From contig JALDZX010000069.1 of assembly GCA_022813865.1 (NCBI GenBank), positions 1 through 64,000 of the forward strand: DNA of 64,000 nucleotides, in the 5' to 3' direction. The notes beneath the pieces are model-generated. The model saw only the letters and a list, made by a program, of their open reading frames with translations. It did not search any database and was not told the DNA's origin. Below are positions 37,600-49,717 of the stretch, piece after piece. Each line of letters begins with the position of its first letter. Position 1 is the first letter of the stretch. This stretch comes from Xylographa opegraphella. Lineage: Eukaryota. The position numbers and the translations under genes are program-made.

Positions 37600-38650
37600 A
37601 AAATGCAAGCGAGAAAGCCAAAGCAAAACCAAAACAGGAACCAGAAACCAAGAATCAGAAATCAGAAACTAGGCCAAAACTCCAATCAAAAACCCACGAG
37701 GTCAAAGCAATTTGTGAAAGTCGCCGAGGTGGTTCCCACTGTAAGACGTTAGCAGGAGCAGCTTAAGGTGAATTAGGGAACAGTGACTTACATCTCTACC
37801 GCATCCTTAGGGCCACCAGTCCATGGCGCAAGACAACATGATGATCATAGGTAGCCCGGCCAAGATGCAAAGATCTCCGGGTGCGTTCAATAGTCTGATG
37901 ATCGATGTTGGGGCCATGGTATATAATTTGCTATCAGATATCAGACGGTGAAAGATAGGTGAAATGGGTGGGTGTGGAAGAATGACATACTTCCTCTGCC
38001 ACATCCTTTGTGCCAACATGTCTCCCCCATTGTTGAGTCGAATTGTATGTCTGGGTGTATTAGTAAGTGACGATAGGCAGCAAGATGGATGGAAGTAGGC
38101 ATACCTGTAGCTATCATCCTCCGAGCTGCGCATAGCCATGCACGTCTCTCCAATTGGGCTGTCGTACTTGAGCCGAGCTATATGTGTAGATGTATTAGTA
38201 GGTTAGTGAAATGAACAGCAATGTGCGTATAAGTGAGCATACTTGTAGCTGTCATCCTCCGATCTGCGCATTGCCATGCACATCTCTCCAATCGATCTGT
38301 CCAGTTAGAGTAGAGCTGTGACTGTGAGAAGACTCAGTAATGGAATGAGGGCAGTGAGATGTGTACGGGTAAACATACCTGCTGTCAGTGTCCTCGTAGC
38401 TGCGCGTTGCCATGCACTTCTCTCTCAATTCCCAGGTCGATATCAATGAGCTGTAGAAGATGTTAGACGGTAGTGTGTGGAGCTGAGCAGGCACACCTAC
38501 TGCTGTAGCTTTGGCTGCGAGCTTCAAGACACTTTCTCTGTGATTGACCTCTTGATCTCCCAAAAGCTAGAGTAAGCGGGATTCCCACCCTACTTACCCT
38601 GCATCGCCTTTGCCCCGGACGGCTCTGCCCAGGCAGCTCAGTTTGCAAGT
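37600..38650 (-). ncRNA. Putative multi-exon non-coding transcript (or pseudogene) built from tandem exon-intron modules
   Basis: Six canonical minus-strand introns: 38500-38451, 38378-38316, 38242-38178, 38104-38051, 37990-37931, 37791-37739, plus a GTAAGT donor at 38597. Homologous 72/73/73-nt exons; no continuous ORF after splicing. Confidence 0.5.
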
Positions 38651-39009
38651 TCAGTACGGCGTTGGTGAATCACCACAAACTCCAGCCCGCAATTGATCAT
38701 CCACCAACCACGAAACAAGTTATGTGACCCTGCCCAAGGGTCGTTGTTGAGATGAGGACCATGGTGGAAATGCTAGTACCTGAAGACTAAACAGTGAATG
38801 CGGCCTGTGAAAGCCAGCTGAATGTCTCCAGGTGGCAAATTTCCCAAAACAAGAACCGACGCCACTTAAATCTCGATAAATGCCCTCACAGACCAAGGAG
38901 CCACCTCATAGATGTCAACTGTACTCCCCAATATCCGACTCGTAATCATCAGATGCCAAGTGATAATCATCGAATGCCCCCTTGTAATCATTAGCTGCTC
39001 AATTTGTTT

Positions 39010-39190
39010 CCCCAGATGCCCACTTGTATGCCCCAGATGCTGTCCACTTGTATTATTCGATGCAACTTGTATTCCCCAGATGCCCACTTGTATGCCCCAG
39101 ATGCTGCCACTTGTATTCTTCGATGCAACTTGTATTCCCCAGATGCTGCCGCTTGTATTCTTCGATGCAACTTGTATTCCCCAGATGCTC
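39010..39190 (+). repeat. Compound minisatellite, 21/42-bp units (CCCCAGATGCTGCCACTTGTATTCTTCGATGCAACTTGTATT)
   Basis: Six CCCCAGATGC anchors spaced about 21 or 42 bp apart. Confidence 0.9.
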
Positions 39191-39344
39191 ATCTGTAACC
39201 ATCAGATGCAAATTGCATTTCGCCTGCTGCCCACATGCGATCCCCCAGATGTCCAATTGTAAGTTTCAGTAATACTCAGCAGCAATGATATATCATCGAA
39301 AGCTCATCATCGTATGTACTTGAGTCCTTGTGCGGCATGGTAAT

Positions 39345-39509
39345 CCTCCTGGTGTCCGGTATTCCTGGCATCCGGTCCTCCTGTTATTTGGTATTCCTTA
39401 TATGTTCCTCCTGGTGTCCGGTCCTCCTGGTATGTGGTCCTCCTAGTAGGTAATTCCCCCGGTATGTGGTCCTCCTGGTAGGTAATCCTCCTGGTATGTG
39501 GTCCTCCTG
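39345..39509 (+). repeat. About 16-bp minisatellite (CCTCCTGGTATGTGGT-like), about 10 degenerate copies
   Basis: Repeated cctcctggt(g/a)t..ggt units. Confidence 0.85.
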
Positions 39510-39983
39510 CTGTAACCCTGGAGATTCCAAACCCCGGTTGCTAAGCGGTATGAGCAACTCGGTTTCAATAGAGAGCAGATGTTGTAGAGTACCTTTCCTC
39601 CTCGACCATGCTATCTGTGCGCTTCGGCCTGCGACTTCTTCTTCGTCCTATTGATAGTGTCAGTGTATGACGAACAAAAGATGAAAGAAGGAGGACTCAC
39701 CACCACCCCAACTCCAACGCGGCCGACCAGTCCAAGAGCTCCAACATGTGATAGTGAGTGTGTGGATGTCGACAGTGCAATCGCGTTGACAACTTTGGAG
39801 AGTGCAAGATGATAGCGACAGTAGCAAGTTCGCGACAAGATATAGGTGATAGATGGTATGTGAAGTAATGACTGGATGATGCAGTGGCGCAAGCGCAACA
39901 AGATCTTCATAAGTAGCCCGGCCAAGGTCAGAAAGCCTCCGGGTGCGTTTGATTGTCTGATGATCGAGTATTGTTGAGTTGCA

Positions 39984-41303
39984 TCAGTCTGTAAAGCCTG
40001 TTCCATCGAAGGCGCTGCACATACGAGCAGAGGCAGCCACGTTGAGGTTAAGCCGGCGGCAGTCGGCAAGGATGGTATCCGCGTAGAAGGGCAGATGCTT
40101 CTCCGGAGTGAGCTGCAGGACGTTCATGGTACACTCGCAGTATTCATGAGTGTAGGCACCATCTTGCTTGCTCATCAGAAGACCGCATCCATCGAAGCGA
40201 CGAACTTTGCCACAGGTTGGCTCAAAGTTTTCGTGGCAGTCTTCGGGATTGATCCATCTTGCAACAACAACGACGCTGCCTGCGAGCTTCTCCTGCCACT
40301 GGACGGACTTCTTTGCCTTGGTCAGCTTTGAGCCTGACTTCAAGCACGATTTGCCTGCTAAGCGTTGATTGTCCGGCTGGTGATGCTTCCAGACGCTGCA
40401 AGGCTTGCATACTTTGCCCGTCTTGCATGATGGCAGTGGTGCGTCCCACTGTTTCCTTCGCAGTTTTCCGTCAGCCTTGGGTTTCTGTGGTGCTGGTGGC
40501 GGCGGAACAGGCTTGACTGGCTGTGGCGCTGGCAATGACGTAGCAGCCCTGTTCTTCGGCAGAAGTAGTCTCCATGCCACCGGGCTCATCTCTCTGTGGA
40601 AGTGGGTCGACGTGCTGGAGACCGTCGACGTGTTGGATGAAACACGTTGAGTCGACCTGCTAGAGACAGTCGACGTGGTAGATGGAGCCCGGAGTGGTAG
40701 TGGCTGCCGACTTGGTGATGGCGCAGATGGCTTGAGAGCTGCTGCAGTTTGCGCCTTTGCTGCTCTGCGTTCTGCCAATCTGGCCATGACTGACTCGTAG
40801 GTAGGTGGAGCCTTCCGAGTAGTCTTGGATTCCCTGATGGCCAAGTCCAAGAAGGGATCAAAGTGTTCCGGCTGGGTGTTGTCAACAGCCGGAGCACGAG
40901 AAAGCACCGAGGTGCGAGGGCCAGCAATATCGGGCGGGGGTTGAGTGAGAAGCCGTCGGGAGAGCCGAGGCTGAGAAACTGCCAATATCGGGGCAGGGGG
41001 AGTCACTCGGCTTGCAGAGGCGCGAGGACGTGATGACATTGGAGATTTTGGTACAGTGTTGTCAGACTGTTTGTGGAAGGTCCTGTCAGAGAGGTAAGGA
41101 CCTTTGCGTGTGCTTCGGAAGGCTGGCACACGAGCGGGGCGCTCCATTGGTGCCGGTGAGCTTGACTGTAGCCAAGGTCTTGCTCGGGCATTGCGAGTGC
41201 CTGCTCGATCCGCAATTGAACGGCGGGAAGTAGAATGAGCCATAAGCCCAGAGCTGCTGGACGAACCTGCAGGTGGAAGAGAAGATGAAAGCTTTGATGA
41301 CAT
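39984..41303 (-). CDS. Orphan 439-aa Ser/Pro/Arg-rich protein with C-terminal Cys/His region and PP1-docking-like motifs
   Basis: Intronless ORF; ACAATG start after a CA-rich leader; TATATATAG about 140 bp upstream; KSCLK...KKSVQW. Confidence 0.65.
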   Translation of the reverse strand: MSSKLSSSLPPAGSSSSSGLMAHSTSRRSIADRAGTRNARARPWLQSSSPAPMERPARVPAFRSTRKGPYLSDRTFHKQSDNTVPKSPMSSRPRASASRVTPPAPILAVSQPRLSRRLLTQPPPDIAGPRTSVLSRAPAVDNTQPEHFDPFLDLAIRESKTTRKAPPTYESVMARLAERRAAKAQTAAALKPSAPSPSRQPLPLRAPSTTSTVSSRSTQRVSSNTSTVSSTSTHFHREMSPVAWRLLLPKNRAATSLPAPQPVKPVPPPPAPQKPKADGKLRRKQWDAPLPSCKTGKVCKPCSVWKHHQPDNQRLAGKSCLKSGSKLTKAKKSVQWQEKLAGSVVVVARWINPEDCHENFEPTCGKVRRFDGCGLLMSKQDGAYTHEYCECTMNVLQLTPEKHLPFYADTILADCRRLNLNVAASARMCSAFDGTGFTD

Positions 41304-41863
41304 TGTGAAGTGTGAATTGTGAAAGCTGTGTTGAAGAGTATGTTGCTGGTGAGAAGTAAAGTAAGAACGACTACTGTGTTATAATAGTCGTAAATTTACT
41401 GCCCGCCGGCGACTTTCGAAAGAGGGCGTGGGAATTGGCTCTATATATAGGAAATGCCTCTCACATGCTTGCAGAATAAACTCTGTGCATTGACAACAGA
41501 CCTCGTAAACATGCTTCGAAAGGCATGTGATCGTGAAGAAGGTTCAAAATGATGCCCAACCATGACGTTCAGCACCGTAAGTTTTACGCAAAGCCTCTTG
41601 CAACGAAATCTCTGCGTGTGCGGAAGTTTGGTAACTTCGAAAGAATAGCTTAAACAGTTCAAAGTAATAGCTTAAATGTGTGAAAAGGGCTTAAATGTGC
41701 GAGAAAATAGTGTAAATCAAGCAAGATGTGCACAGATGAAATCATATATACGATTGAGTTCGATTTAGACAACACCAGCCTCGCGACTTCCATATGCCGA
41801 GCAGCGAGCTTCACAGAAATGGGACCCACGCATGGGCACAGGAAGAGGCTGGGACAACACACG

Positions 41864-41899
41864 AAGCTTTCGGGGAGCTTTCGGGGAGCTCTCGGGGAG
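41864..41899 (+). repeat. 12-bp tandem repeat (AGCTTTCGGGG-like) x3
   Basis: aagctttcggggagctttcggggagctctcggggag. Confidence 0.85.
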
Positions 41900-42283
41900 G
41901 GGCAAGTATGAGAGAGCCCGACTGCGCACTGACAGCAGCGGTGGTTGGCAGGCCAATATCACAAGAGGACCCACCGATCTCATTGCACAGTGAAAGCCTA
42001 TCGGCGATCTCTCCGATCTGACAAGTGCCGGTAGATTAGCGAGCCTGGAGCTTAAATTCGAAGTTTATCCTGACGTTGGCAGCTGCAAGACGGCATGGCA
42101 AAGAACACGTGAGTGCACATGCCAAGGCCATGCTCTACCTTAGGGGATGGCCTCCCCGAGCTCAATGGCTGGCTTGCTCCTCAACGTACATACCTTACGT
42201 AGGTATAGGTAGGTACCTTGGACGGTCATGCTCGGGGCGCCCCCTGAGTCCCCTGACCCGTAATCTTGGCACCAATGCGTTGC

Positions 42284-42349
42284 CATGGCCGTTGTTGAAG
42301 GCACATCTGGTTCTCATGGCCGTTGTTGAAGGCACATCTGGTTCTCATG
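42284..42349 (+). repeat. Perfect 31-bp tandem duplication
   Basis: catggccgttgttgaaggcacatctggttct x2 followed by catg. Confidence 0.95.
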
Positions 42350-42476
42350 AGGAGCACGGAGGCCCTAAACACCACACAATTTCAGTAGTTTCATGCTTGT
42401 AAACGACAATGCTGCGAACCCAGCTTGAACTTGAAAAATGATTCTCGAGGAAATCCCATGTGCCTATGCACACGAG

Positions 42477-43524
42477 TTATAATTTAGCAACAATTGCAGC
42501 ATCGTCGCCTGTGATCAAGCTCCCAGGCGTTTTCTCCACGCTAAACCTCCCGGACGTCAACAATTTTCGCAACACAGTCTCGTCGCCGATATGAGGCTCA
42601 TGCTCGAATGATGGGTCCTCTGCATAGGCCAGCCGTGCGGTGTCCAATATCATTCTGGCAGTCATGCCAAAAACTTTGTATATATCATGCGCAGCAGCAC
42701 CTCCGTTTTCACTGCTTCGTGGCACACAGAATTGATGTACTCTTCCGCGTGTGCTGAACCATGTACCCCAGAATCCTTTGTACCACTCCGAACCTGTATT
42801 TGCACCTCTGCTCATATCGTCTTGGTCAGACAGAAACCTTGGCAACGGGGCAGAGAAAATGGCTGCAACCTCCTTGGGCTCCAGACGAGGCATTAAACTC
42901 TCTTCCGCACTCGAAGTGTCGTTGCCAGTGTGGAGGAACGCCACACAAGGTCGAACACCGAGTTCGGTGAGGGCACAGTATGAGGGCAATTCGCAGAGAT
43001 GCTCGATTTGCAACGGGCTAGGGAGATCCCGGTCGTTGCAAGGCAGGCCGATTTCCTCCAGAGCCTCCCGTCGCGCTGTCTTGATCGGAGTTTCTTCGAG
43101 GTTGTCGGCCTTGCCTACACACTCTGTTCAGCGCTCAGTGCGTGTCGGCATGGCTAGGTGCATACCTCCAGGGAATGAGACATGTCCAGCATCTTCAGTC
43201 CAGTCAGCGCATAGTCTTTGGGGAGCACTTGAGCAATTTCTGTTTCGGGGCTTGAAGGAAATGGGCAACATGATTAGGTGGGAGCTTTACAGGAGCTAAG
43301 AGTGCTGGCACGGAGCGTCAGGATCACTCTGAGCTCTCCGAGGGTGTCGGCGAACAGTAAAACAAGGACAGCTGCGCGTCGAGTCACTGGTAAGGAGGAC
43401 CACGTTGTGGGGGGAGGGCAGTAGGCTCGTAGGCGCGCAATTGCCCGCTGAGTACCCTATTAGTGCTAGTTACAAAGAATGTGAATATTGTGCTGACCGC
43501 CGAAACGAGTGATAACGGCGCCAT
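42477..43524 (-). CDS. PCD1: Peroxisomal Nudix CoA diphosphatase Pcd1
   Basis: Four exons. RRAAVLVLLFAD, LTLRASTLSSYAGHVSFPGG (NuCoA motif), Nudix box KTARREALEEIGL, C-terminal AKL (PTS1). Confidence 0.92.
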
Positions 43525-44146
43525 AGTAGCTGCAGCCTGAGTAAGGTAGAGAAGGGCAGCTCAGACAGCTCTGCTCCTACATTGTTCCACTCATTATTGT
43601 GCCCCTTTTGCGACGTCATTAGGGCTCAGGCCTCGGCTGTCAGCGAGTCAGCTTACTGCGTAGGATAATAGTTTCTCCTTGTGGCATGCCAACTGAAGGA
43701 CGCTAGCTACTTCCGGAGGAAATTGAGTGCTGAACAGCATTAGGAAAATGTATGGGTCCAACAAAAGTCCAGTTCCGCCCCTTTTCACTGTATCTCTTAC
43801 GCGAAAGATCACCAGTAAATAGTCTCACTACATTCTGGAATTTAATTGAGTGGTTTCTACATGTTCGGGATCTATAACAGCAATAGCTACGAATCCATCC
43901 CGTCTAAAGAAATGCCGGAAAAGTAGTCAACTCAACACAAAGACACAACTGTCTTTATACCGCATGTTCTTGAATTATCTTTAATACTGTCTCTATATTG
44001 TTCTTTATTGTTGCGGACAAGATGTCTTCCCATCAAGCTTTTTTCTTTCGCGTGGTGCTTTTTCCAGCTATTTCCTGTGAATCCTGGCGTCATATTCACG
44101 CTCTCCCTGTCTCGAACAGCGCATTCTCTGCGATCACTACACAACC

Positions 44147-46069
44147 ATGCCTTCTCCATCGCCGTCCAGAAGGCCTCCTACTAGGTATGACCAAGGCTCT
44201 TTGGACTCACTGAGTGGCTTAGAGCAGGTTATTGCGCCCGCTTCCGTATCTCCAGGTGCATACAACTACATAAGTGCGGAGACTCTGAATCGGCCGCTTC
44301 CAGCCATACCTACGATCAGACGGTCCTCGAGTGTCTATAGTCTGCAGAGTGAAGATATAATTGATTACTACAGTGAAAGAAGATCTTATATCGAAGACCA
44401 GCCACCTTCAGAGCCTGAGGGCGAGATCCTTGCTCCAACGAGCTTCTCGCCGTCTTCTATTCAGATGTTCTTGAGGCATCAGTCAAATGCTGATGGTAGC
44501 TTTTCATTCCCAGTGCCCTCTGCTGATGAAGAGTCTAGTTACGTGTCGCCGGATACCTTGGCTGGTAGTAGAGACAAGCCGGACTGGACCATTCAAGGGA
44601 CCAAAACCAGACCAAGCAGACATCATCATCAGCCATCGGCATTATCCAGTGTAAGGTCTGAAGCTACTAATTCTCCTTTCAACAAATCTACAGCAGACTC
44701 AGCGTCGTTCTCGTCTAGTATCCGGCCTGTTTCGCCTGGAACCGTACCTAGATCATCACGGACCGCGGATTCGGTGTCTATATCATCAAGCACTCGGCCC
44801 ATATCACCAAGAACACTACTCAAGCCATCCAGGTTCGAGGATGTGGGTTCAATTGTATCCAGCAATCGGTCGGTCTCTCCCATGTCTCAACCTCATTCCA
44901 CAAGAAAAGGACCGGACAACCAACCACGACGCAAAAGACAAGATCCTCCAGCGCCGATACATTTACACTTGCGGAATAACAGCAGACTTCCAGTATCGCG
45001 CTCACCCGTCTCTCCAGATCCATATCCTGTCATATCGGTGTCGCATTCGCCTGTTTCGCCAGAACTCTGCAACGTACCCTACCAGAACGAGCACGAGTAT
45101 CTCAACACACCGATATCCGCCCGGATTACCCAACTCATGGATCATACGCTCGTCCCATCACCTCTACGTAATAGCAGACTTCCTAGTGTCGGAAGCCAAC
45201 TCAGCCACGAATCAATTCCATCTACTGTCGGTACATCTTCGTCTACGTCCAAAACCCTGCCAGAGCGACCGTCTTATCTCAACTGGTCCTATCACCCTCC
45301 GACCCTACCAAGTTCTACTCGCTCGACCTCATTCCGTCCAGCTTCACCATCCCGGCCGACGACAACTCTTATTCTCACTCAGCAGTCTCCCACACCCTCA
45401 TTTCCGCACGAAACTCTAACGCCAGAGGAACAACAGCAGGCGCAACACAATCAACGCACTCTCCAGAATGTTCGAGTCAATCATCCCTCGAGCAATGTTT
45501 CATCACGTCCGCCGCCGCCTACTCATAAGGCCCGCTTACCCTCCTTGACCAATCGTATGAACGACATGTACGACACTCTGACTTCCATTCCCAAACCATC
45601 TTTTCCCAAACCTTCCCTATCCATGCCAAAGCACAAATCAAATCCTCCTCTAAATCCTGGCAGTCCTGATACTTCCTCTCCAGCATCCAAGCTCCGCCCT
45701 TCACTCTCTTTAAAACGACCCTCTCACAAAAGATCTCATACTGTCGCAACTTCCAACTCGTTCTCCACCCAGAAATCGCCCAATCCCCCCCGTCTTATCA
45801 ATCGCAATCCCGCGATACCTATCACACCCTACCAGTACATGGGGCCAAAAGCTTGGGAAGATGTATCGACTCCAAACCGCAAATCAGGACAAGTGAGTCC
45901 GAAGGAGAGGCTGTCATCGTTATTTGGAGGCTTAATGAAGGGAAAAGAGGGAAAGGAGAAGGAAGAAAGAGAGAAGAGAAGAGAGGAACTAAAAAAGAAG
46001 ATCGTCTTCATCGGATTGGAGGGGGAGATGAAAGATGTCAATCGCACGGGTGAGGGGGAGTGGATGTGA
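44147..46069 (+). CDS. Hypothetical disordered Ser/Pro-rich protein (640 aa)
   Basis: Long intronless ORF; LNRPLPAIP, PAIPITPYQYMG and C-terminal EKRREELKKKIVFIG. Confidence 0.75.
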   Translation: MPSPSPSRRPPTRYDQGSLDSLSGLEQVIAPASVSPGAYNYISAETLNRPLPAIPTIRRSSSVYSLQSEDIIDYYSERRSYIEDQPPSEPEGEILAPTSFSPSSIQMFLRHQSNADGSFSFPVPSADEESSYVSPDTLAGSRDKPDWTIQGTKTRPSRHHHQPSALSSVRSEATNSPFNKSTADSASFSSSIRPVSPGTVPRSSRTADSVSISSSTRPISPRTLLKPSRFEDVGSIVSSNRSVSPMSQPHSTRKGPDNQPRRKRQDPPAPIHLHLRNNSRLPVSRSPVSPDPYPVISVSHSPVSPELCNVPYQNEHEYLNTPISARITQLMDHTLVPSPLRNSRLPSVGSQLSHESIPSTVGTSSSTSKTLPERPSYLNWSYHPPTLPSSTRSTSFRPASPSRPTTTLILTQQSPTPSFPHETLTPEEQQQAQHNQRTLQNVRVNHPSSNVSSRPPPPTHKARLPSLTNRMNDMYDTLTSIPKPSFPKPSLSMPKHKSNPPLNPGSPDTSSPASKLRPSLSLKRPSHKRSHTVATSNSFSTQKSPNPPRLINRNPAIPITPYQYMGPKAWEDVSTPNRKSGQVSPKERLSSLFGGLMKGKEGKEKEEREKRREELKKKIVFIGLEGEMKDVNRTGEGEWM

Positions 46070-46870
46070 TGGTCTGCTAAAGAAGATCGGAGAAGCATCG
46101 AGGAAGTGATTAGCTGGGTTTTAAATGGACCGGAGAAATGGGGTATTTACAGGAGCCCAGAGACCTTATAGTATGACTGTAAAAGCAGTTGGTCGTTGCT
46201 GTAGTAGAAGTGTAAGAACGAAAGGCAGATGGAGTATTAGGGATGTTGTCAGCTTAGTTGAAACAGAAGTGATAGAAGTGAGTCTTACCAAATCCTGATG
46301 CCCCGAAGCTTGCAGAGTGATCCTGGAAAGCTCGTGCAAGTGTTAGCTTGATCATGAATAGTAGAGAATCTTATCGAAGTCAACGCCTCTTTCGGAAGGC
46401 TGGCTGGCGGTACTAGAAATACCGCTCATCTAATCGTTTTGGAAAATCTGGAAGAGGGTCTTACGGAGGTTTCCAATCCTCCGAGCCGAGGAGGCAATAG
46501 GATGGCATGTGAGCAGAGCAAAGATTGGCTGCAGTTGATAGATTGGTCTTGGTTTGAGGAATGAGCAGCGACAATCGTGTCACTGCTGCGATGATCAGAT
46601 GGCTGCCAAGAGTCAAGCATGTAGACGTGCACGATGCAGTCCATTATGTGTAGAGCCTGAATCGACTTCTTGTATCAAGCTTCTAGTTCCGATAACCATC
46701 CATTCGTACATTAATCGAAACCCAGAATAAGGTATGTAACAAGCGAAAGCCATGTCACACCAGATTTCGTGTAGAGTCTATCTACAGATACAATGATAAG
46801 CCCCGCCACGTATTCCAACTAAAGCGTCTAATCGTAGTACTTGTTTTCCACCGCTTCCAAACAAATGTTC

Positions 46871-48326
<1,456 letters not shown>

Positions 48327-48630
48327 TCAGCTGTGACGAATGTCTCTAGCGGAAATGGTCTATAATTGATATTTCGTAAAATCGTAAAAGCAGTTTCTGT
48401 CTGTATTTGAAATACAACGTCACAATGTTATTTTCGACCTCGGTCACATCATCATGGTAAGGCTGAGAATGATTAAGGTGTACCCCTGCAAGAAGCCCTA
48501 AAGATCTATGCCTGAAAGGGTAAGTCCTTGATAAAGCGTGCTAATATGAGGAAGTGCGAGCCTTGGGAAACGCAGCAGTCCACTGCATGTTACCAGTTGA
48601 TACTACTTGACGCGGCTGGAAATAGATAAT

Positions 48631-49650
48631 ATGGCTATTACCGAAGAAGGAGTACACAAGCTTCCAAATGGGAGGGAATTGTATACAAAGTCATGGAAAG
48701 CTGGTCTCCCACTGCCATCTTCACCACCAATAGCGGTACTAATTCCAGGTGATAGCCTGCCGGTCTACCCATAGCTATTGTGGTATATCTCCACGGTTTC
48801 AGTGATCACTGTAATCATTTCGATGAATTTCTTACACATCTCTCTGAGTCAGGCATACTCGCTCATGGTTTTGACCAACGAGGCTGGGGACGTTCGGTCC
48901 ACAAACCATCCGACAAAGGTCGAAGTGGACCAACCTCTCAAGTTATCGCAGACATTTCTTCATTCATAGAATCGAAGCTTCCCTCATCTGTGCCTCTGTT
49001 TCTGATGGGTCACTCTATGGGAGGTCAGGAGACACTCATCTATGCTTCAACTGGACCAGTAGAAATCAGAAAACAGATCAGCGGATATGTGGCAGTGGCT
49101 CCATATATACGACTCCACCCTTCCTCGCAGCCGACTGCTTTCACAGTATTCGCTGGAAAACTAGCATGTAAGATTCTGCCCAATATGCAACTGGTGCAGA
49201 AGCTTGATGTAAAATATATGAGCCATGATTTGGCGGTGTGCAAAAGCTACGAAGAAGACAAGCTGTGCCACGATACAGGTACGCTAGAAGGTCTGGAAGG
49301 GATGCTGGACCGAGCGGATGCACTCGACAAAGGGAAGGTCGACCTCGAAGAGAATACTCATGTGTGGATGGGACATGGAACCAAAGATCTTGTGATCAAT
49401 TATGAAGGAACTAAGGAATTTTTTGACAGGTCAAAGTCTAAGGACAAGACCCTGAAGCTATATGAAGGAGCATATCATTGCCGTGAGTTGTTTGTGACAC
49501 TGCGTGCGATATATACTGATCGATTTAGTCCAAGCTGAATCAGAGCCCTACAGAAGTAAGTTCTACACGGACTTAAAGGAATGGATCCTGGCTCAAATTG
49601 CGCCGCCGGGACGTCCGGTAGCTGAAGCACAGGTACAGAGTAGATTATGA
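48631..49650 (+). CDS. Alpha/beta hydrolase, monoacylglycerol lipase/lysophospholipase (Yju3-like), PTS1 SRL
   Basis: LYTKSWK|P, HGFSDH, FDQRGWGRS, GHSMGG nucleophile, HGTKD, GAYH; introns 48700-48755 (GC donor) and 49483-49528; ends QSRL*. Confidence 0.88.
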
Positions 49651-49717
49651 TTGCATACAATAGATCGATCGTGCTTGATACCCTCAATTGGTACAACATG
49701 ACTAAATCATGGATAAC

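Noticed and set aside
38040..39250. CRISPR-like repeat-spacer array
   Set aside because: Eukaryotic context, no cas genes, degenerate repeats; the 'spacers' are spliceosomal introns or minisatellite subunits.
38866..39272. Overlapping repetitive ORFs in several frames
   Set aside because: By-products of 21/42-bp minisatellite units lacking stops.
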